From Candidatus Margulisiibacteriota bacterium (GTDB taxonomy: Bacteria > Margulisbacteria > Marinamargulisbacteria > JBFWNS01): DNA of 64,000 nucleotides. Location of the stretch: NCBI GenBank assembly GCA_050250935.1, contig JBFWNS010000002.1, positions 32,001-96,000 of the forward strand. The letters are read 5' to 3'. This document shows, in pieces, positions 63,201 to 64,000 of this stretch. Each line of letters starts with the position of its first letter. Within the stretch, counting starts at the first letter, position 1. A program made the position numbers and the translations under genes. The notes under the pieces are model-generated. The model saw nothing but the letters and a program-made list of their open reading frames with translations. It did not search any database and was not told the DNA's origin.

Positions 63201-64000
63201 TTAAGGTGACCCGAACCGGACTTTGGTCCCAAATTTTAGGGGTGATCTTTAAGGTATTGCTGGTGACACCAAGGGTTTCGGGTAGGCTTATTACGGGCGC
63301 TTCTCGGTCGAACAGAAAAGAACCCTGGGCTGTTTGGGTATTTCCCGCTTTGTCGGTGGCCGTAACCAGATAAAAAATCTGATTAACCTTGGCATCCTCG
63401 ATCAAGGGTTGTTTTAGAACCGCCCCATTGGCCAAAAAGGTGATTTGCGTGTTTAAAGTCGTCGAAACGTTGTCCGTGACCTTAATTACAGAGGCCAGAT
63501 TTTCGGTGGGCAGGGCCGCAAACACGGCATTTTCAAACGGTATGAGGATCGTTGGCGGAAGTTGGTCTTGGATCACAGTGCTTGTCCAGGGGGTGCCGGT
63601 GTTTCTATAGACATCCTGAAACGTCAGCGTCCAGGTATATCCCCCATCGGGAGCGCCAGACAAGGGCCAAACCTGAACCCACCGGTTCCCGCTGACCCCG
63701 GTTTCCCAAACCGATTTTCCAGCGGCATTGGTCAATACCAAACGCCCAGTAACCGGTGCCGAAAAACCCAAATCCAAGCTGGAAAAAGTTTTGGCCTTGG
63801 GCGAGAACTTAGGCGACACAACATTGGCCGTTACCAATTGGGGGGGATTCATCACCAAGGCCACATTAAACGTTGCCATCGTGCTTAAATAGCCGTCGGA
63901 TATTCGGGCAGAGACCCGAACCTCGCCATCTTCGGGATGCAAATTTTGCCAGATAGAGAATGGCACATTCAGACGACTCCCAGTCCCAATCGACATGGTT
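48298..64000 (-). CDS. Giant (>5,200 aa) Ig-repeat surface protein or adhesin with FlgD-like domains, PA14-like module and T9SS-type C-terminal domain; 5' end lies beyond the window
   Basis: Frame is open to the window edge. Dozens of D.AGN...DT..P Ig-like units; WDGKD..G motifs; PA14-like segments (SDDDETVKVNG, GGCRLWING); C-terminus INYPNPFKD...WNGKDSDG...NGVYLY...KLIKLK. Confidence 0.88.
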   Translation of the reverse strand, partial: TMSIGTGSRLNVPFSIWQNLHPEDGEVRVSARISDGYLSTMATFNVALVMNPPQLVTANVVSPKFSPKAKTFSSLDLGFSAPVTGRLVLTNAAGKSVWETGVSGNRWVQVWPLSGAPDGGYTWTLTFQDVYRNTGTPWTSTVIQDQLPPTILIPFENAVFAALPTENLASVIKVTDNVSTTLNTQITFLANGAVLKQPLIEDAKVNQIFYLVTATDKAGNTQTAQGSFLFDREAPVISLPETLGVTSNTLKITPKIWDQSPVRVTLIPTKGSPQSVTVNPTQEIPMTLDVSDWPEGTTVLAIQAVDRFGHTSTGSVKVLLDRAPPVITRITLSPRPLFLEPGIATVSIQATDASGSPLIYKIALPTFEWETITTNPVVAVPVGLVMGQRTKADSVALRVTVTDAAGWSVSTQNTLPVIQSLPAPVWQIGDRYGSVAKPITVTVNVSALAAVVSQDVRLKISLVNDEKPVVTVFDDRLNQTQWAFSLKPTAAWADGAGYTLKTEVWVSDVLRGTFYQAQPAFPNQYLVIQNQPLAIADSTLSRTLAGRNTPVKLTLQNTIEWTDVQLQFQPASGSPVALGAWESGTALTFPNNLPDGVGQVVVAALSKSGIKSSLSLPLTWDSTPPELTHPETVAFKAYDQGQTDLVFRSSEPLSLLNVKVIGADNKPVEAWIPEIAWNNRHDTATVTWTGRKSPSVYLPEGTYKVVATATDLADNTSTATVTLSQINDFPNLWIDATAEAMNPQTGSLTLYLRLNTDYDALSLKLTDSQRGTVARTLVPSKPMKAGVYTLTFDGKDDSGVPLKDGIYDWVAEANKAGIAEPVTNKKRLIIKTRGPVFYPTLSRTQLRKDRFPITIQNIDIDPAWVFGIALLDAQGKTLDTLYEKPRYQSVNKSALTLTDLMGSGKTDRLDGSYKIQLYAVDEAQNRAQSVFDIDYKLAVKGTATIHSEKPFFTPNGDGILEVLNASVGVDSTESQVDVQVRVETEGGKVLVPALAKTKLQRGQSLPVTWGGYDVNRMAQPDGLYALVAEVTAEDGGLLESKRYPFAMIAQKPVLSLASPIAYSPNLGTITLNAQVVASDVLFRADFLSTELKLNGTVTVGGVKKILLTDGFDLKNRTSTALVLSPAWANDLPDGTYPVTIRMEDSILNVFETTPVQVVVSRSGPVTPSMALAGPQVTSQSVAVLMVSAPGAKTVRLMNTVGQIQTLAVSGNVATATVSLTEGTNTFKATALNTLGNASATGNAVTVLLDRISPTVVSASVSSTLLGANQTATASVTFSKPVWVPGGGLVVKGVDMASPSVSVQELLSPTLSVTHRFSLSSPSLNLAGTLSLSLSGVVDQAGNPLQTEIKSVGDVTIGYLMIDTLPPATPSVSAPALVTTSILTLAVADEAGSVLSLSLNGQNVPIQTLPIASGKQVTITGLVEGNNTLQFRSTDAMGNTSDWSPTVSVVMDTTPPVLSLLSAAAGWVSTGYQQVVVTANEALKTVSATFNGTPMTAFGSGVFGIDIRATENQGTASIQFTAQDLAGNTSILAATPFAVDTVPPELNLLPITQQTVSSGSIQVTVNASETLATASVTFNGTPMTSLGAGVYTYAISNSEPQGALTVVVHSKDLAGNESTLTTAPYSVDTIAPSLNAVLNLPSRISTGPIQVTINANESLASLKATLNGTAMTVSGNTLSTTLLQTAHQGPATLVVLAKDKVGNGTELTLIPFEIDTIAPILTLKNTNPAWVKAGTITLGVSVNELIASQSARLNGHPMTPVGEGLWTYTITSSDAQGVATFTATLTDRAGNTSTLTEIPFSIDTVPPSVPQVVTFSPQSNQAQVSVTLLGDVGSELWVSQNGQVASTQVLLTGQAQPWTSLPLKAGENQLSFASRDLAGNQSEWSVPIIITQRFDPAVLQTYRFSANPASVGLWQGTLVFSEPVTVLSAGWTLNQLETPCSLTVSGNTVTVSAAITAGMNGTALLQLSSVQNQAGVTTSVQLPFVIDTTPPKAVTISGIRTVSTGDVVVTLNINEGVSANATFNGHPMTTQSTADNTVRWSYTIGQDEVQGTANIIVTLVDAAGNSAVVTMNTVVVDTVQPQILAMNWNKPISSLGSIEVRVTFSEAVVSPKFTVNGKTIPGVQTGSSSFQLSVPIVGDEVQGMATITTMAKDAAGNGLNDSRQAWVVDTLAPTVSVQADPFRTVGLGWVQVTINASENISTPTVSINGHPMSAVGGGVFGYVVSSADAQGTANFEVRAKDLAGNATVVQISPFVVDTVGPKLSLSPSDSVLVGLGSVTVTVNASETLSSLRASINHQPMTAVGQGVFRYTITPADTQGTADIEVEAVDEVGNQSSVTASVFVVDTVAPSLNLVSMLPNRISTGPIQVMINANEPLLTLTATLNSKAMTVSGNTLSTTILQTEQQGPATLVVSAQDTVGNGTELTLSPFEIDTIAPVLTLQPAAAEAVSTGAIRFEVTVNEPLATVNATLNGKPLEVTIVDSGSIELAGTITAEDNQGLAQLMLLASDTVGNQTVVTATPIRIDTEKPILTLSTPSGRLSTGNVVVTVSANETLSRLSAMLNGFPMSVSGNSLAFTITSTAFQGPATLVVSAQDSVGNGTEETLIPFEIDTIAPTLTLSTNAPAFVSTGPVTVTLTANEALSSQTLWLNNRPMTASGDVFTTIIEATDAQGPAVLLATGIDLAGNTTSQTETLFEIDTLAPTLKLSSEVFQTVSTGTITLTVTTDETLATLNATFNDSPMQALPGGGFQTLILPTAQQGTASVTITATDRAGNTTQLTPVLYGIDTQPPTASIADFPAFISTRAATLQVSAIADASFPVQLEWSLNGGVWQEGPLVQEPGSAAQNVTFATEGTQTLKLRLRDRLGNVSETNTRETITDFTPPQVVSVTVLDSAGQPDPEPLYRSDKTILVTFSEPISSTLATASFGTIALPIQQITTSAVQITITEAQLVGSSAVFELAGIQDQAGNAMAPYAKTYALDLVPPDLKTVTLNTDALPDPTALSQFNTQGLKIAQGYLTAALSFSKPVMNPKVFVAVQGIRKEATWMTVTPNAVSTAEFKVLIKAADLGFLANPNEVDATLEIENARDVAGNLLSPQSLPIVLDMEAPVVTNHGADNGITVDKNDLYYGVIKPYGVSGQQDQLRVWFTLSEPALVSAIQIVQVSPNVLVKTLTNPTKTGPNGDEYSFVWDGKDETGKLVGNAKSQYFYYVTVTAKDKAGNLANQNIDGYISVLHQDTGVRLSSPLPVEPKAPGLDQTVPINYMFSFVDERIRTSADFKALYPNKDFKPFALPSWGTYELRIYPEGQPNQPVLTKQATITAMFSPVSTVWDGRYAADHSVVALRGTLVPDGVYRVEIRATDNAGNGATQNVVANNQMVIDNTPPTITQFALGSAYTNALSIAHTKIAQDNTDSPAQLNFYANGVLVTGPTLPLQAIQGTQTITLQAKDRAGNTSAVATASVVYDSIAPSASILWQNGLASTLPATDREVSTNVAFSVTISEVNLNAVQVAVNGAMVVSANGLYSVNTTGINGTFPVVVTVSDLAGNTTLLNKSLWVDSLAPTVSVSNLAGFMKANSATLNLSGLSDASLPLTLERALNGGSFTVIQTLNSLSPISDGVTFSNEGTQQIAYRLRDRLGNQSETLIRTTVFDATPPTLGADKITGLWTKTAIGAITLSASDALSGLVSAHYRWDNADAANGTTFVASQSITLPAEGSHTLYLTAIDMAGNTQTWSGTYLQDTQTPTVNANKAQAGWSVSPIGSITLTASDPVPGSGLNPNFVMYRWDNSDVVNGSLFSNGQVLSSPGEGSHTLYLKVQDIAGNSTTLWSGSYNQDTQAPVATATQSSSSWQTTAIGNITLSATDALPGSGITTAKYRWDNADVANGTAFVSGQTMTMPAEGSHTLYIQSWDVAGNAGSVWTGTYKQDTQPPVATADKSSGTWKTTAIGNITLTVSDPQPGSGISTSKYRWDNPDVANGTTFVSGQTITIPAEGSHTLYVQSWDVAGNAGAVWTGTYKQDTQAPSGSADKSSLSWSTTALGTITLNTSDPSPGSGVGTAKYRWDNSDVSNGTPYSSGQTTVIPSEGSHTLYIQVWDLAGNAGVVWSGLYKQDTATPQTSANLSNSGWYLFSLGTITLTATDGVPGSGLDPVRTKYRWDNVLVDSGTSFANGTGITVPGEGRHTLYLKAYDTAGNVSGLWTGDYNIDTVPPVVLADKSSSQWSVVPIGTITLSVSDAAPGSGLSGAKYRWDNVAVANGTSFSTGQTLTIPGEGAHTLYLQAWDAAGNASTVWSGPYQQDTQVPVVSANKVQLGWYTTAIGNITLTATDPTPGSGLNPGYVKYRWDNPDVSNGTVFANGQTTAIPSEGTHTLYLQAWDQAFNPSTVWNAVYAQDTQAPVVSAAGSSDQWRTALSGIVVSMTDDGNSGWAYRQYRWNNGPWTDWASGAIPIPGDGDHILALRAGDIATNTGTWQGTYRFDSTAPVIDQVQVTPTVNPVYDGNMVIHFRVSDNLIASMPVQVKIKRQDGSVVKTLLLGQKLNGEVSDVLWDLKTIEGYSPLEGTYNAEIVVSDNVFTTSKTISFRLTYQQDVANYTVAADPVLFRKINNKQWAVVPSDAKVDIALSDDGLSWSPRYSCVTAGKALDVQSDIGPNGGVVVYVLQSDSAQRTKISLPVDYEGFRTRITTLLPGFRLDTYSFTRTGDNRSMTFYAHPMSTRVMLNKQFWLRAEDFDFPTNGQYGAIVKGFIRAPRGQGGLKQFYVSHIGGCRLWINGTLVHSRPEAKEEAVMKKVNMEEEVSYPFILWTDNWDTGGHMDWTFTDVDNSFIPANWFYQDTTEQQSMNEALMSSWMRGIRNVNFEKLLTNSNSRLSYTSFLDDINFYSSTNGGGRGNLASNDWSEYYHFYYFSPQSITPQEHNFLIESDDDETVKVNGTVISAISSHVPGPVPLTIPLQKGLNEMWILHYQSTGPAYLYFKKYLENGTTKVVSKIDTPVYVRLDGEISNGIYATVLPGTTLLGVSSNTTIEVGLDLVSPKNNPTLQTNKPTFTWQVPTYNPALQYRIELKQNWVEPMDSTPFASEDRSQKWDLLPSQIQRTNTTLAFTPLWTDTLAPGWWQWQVVELNPSLNSQAVSSEAGGFYVAPKLQIEGVINYPNPFKDSTKIRYKLSKSVNRLRIQIFTLGGDLIRELEGDTSASSLLAEYHDVSWNGKDSDGRGVLNGVYLYKIIAEGDGETQEVRSKLIKLK
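50590..53065 (-). repeat. Intragenic tandem array: 8 copies plus 1 degenerate copy of a ~92-aa (~276-nt) YRWDN...EG.HTLY...D.AGN domain
   Basis: Counted in the translation. The YRWDN codons recur at roughly 276-nt spacing. Confidence 0.85.
55640..59650 (-). repeat. Intragenic array of about 13 copies of a ~88-aa Ig-like unit (STG...NE.L...NG.PM...QG.A...D.AGN...IDT.AP), interrupted once
   Basis: Counted in the translation. DNA-level identity GGGGCAATGGTGTCGATTTCGAA at 56162, 56696 and 58847. Confidence 0.8.

Noticed and set aside
48380..63888. Many short plus-strand ORFs opposite the giant gene
   Set aside because: They are antisense shadows caused by the codon bias of the Thr/Val/Ser-rich repeat protein and have no independent coding signal.

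Overview
Gene-dense 64-kb bacterial chromosomal window. There is no integrase, transposase, CRISPR array or rRNA. The envelope genes (SLH-domain outer-membrane-barrel proteins, an MlaEFD operon whose MlaD ends in a beta-strand domain) suggest a diderm Terrabacteria lineage, possibly Ca. Margulisbacteria-like; that taxonomy is inference. Housekeeping genes include leuB, mutY, hemJ, ileS, mutL, nadE, a DAHP synthase, pth, mgtE, deaD, prfC, rpmB and accC-nusB-ribE-ribBA-ribH, plus tRNA-fMet and tRNA-Asn. The best find is a 44-aa double-glycine precursor ORF that the ORF track misses (36946-37080, minus; leader ...DLSDEELDLIMGG, core VEETHFDWA). It heads an NHLM-type three-gene peptide export operon with no tailoring enzymes in the window and is divergent from two paralogous exported SH3-like proteins. 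This is a candidate undescribed short-peptide signalling or RiPP system. Other highlights: a >5,200-aa Ig-repeat surface protein with a low-GC PA14-like module and a T9SS-like C-terminal domain; three barrel-SLH paralogs; a promoter-backed C-rich-loop small RNA candidate; an unannotated 36-aa ORF upstream of ileS; a ~250-nt structured deaD leader; and several apparently degenerate enzymes. All family calls come from reading motifs by eye, not from database searches.
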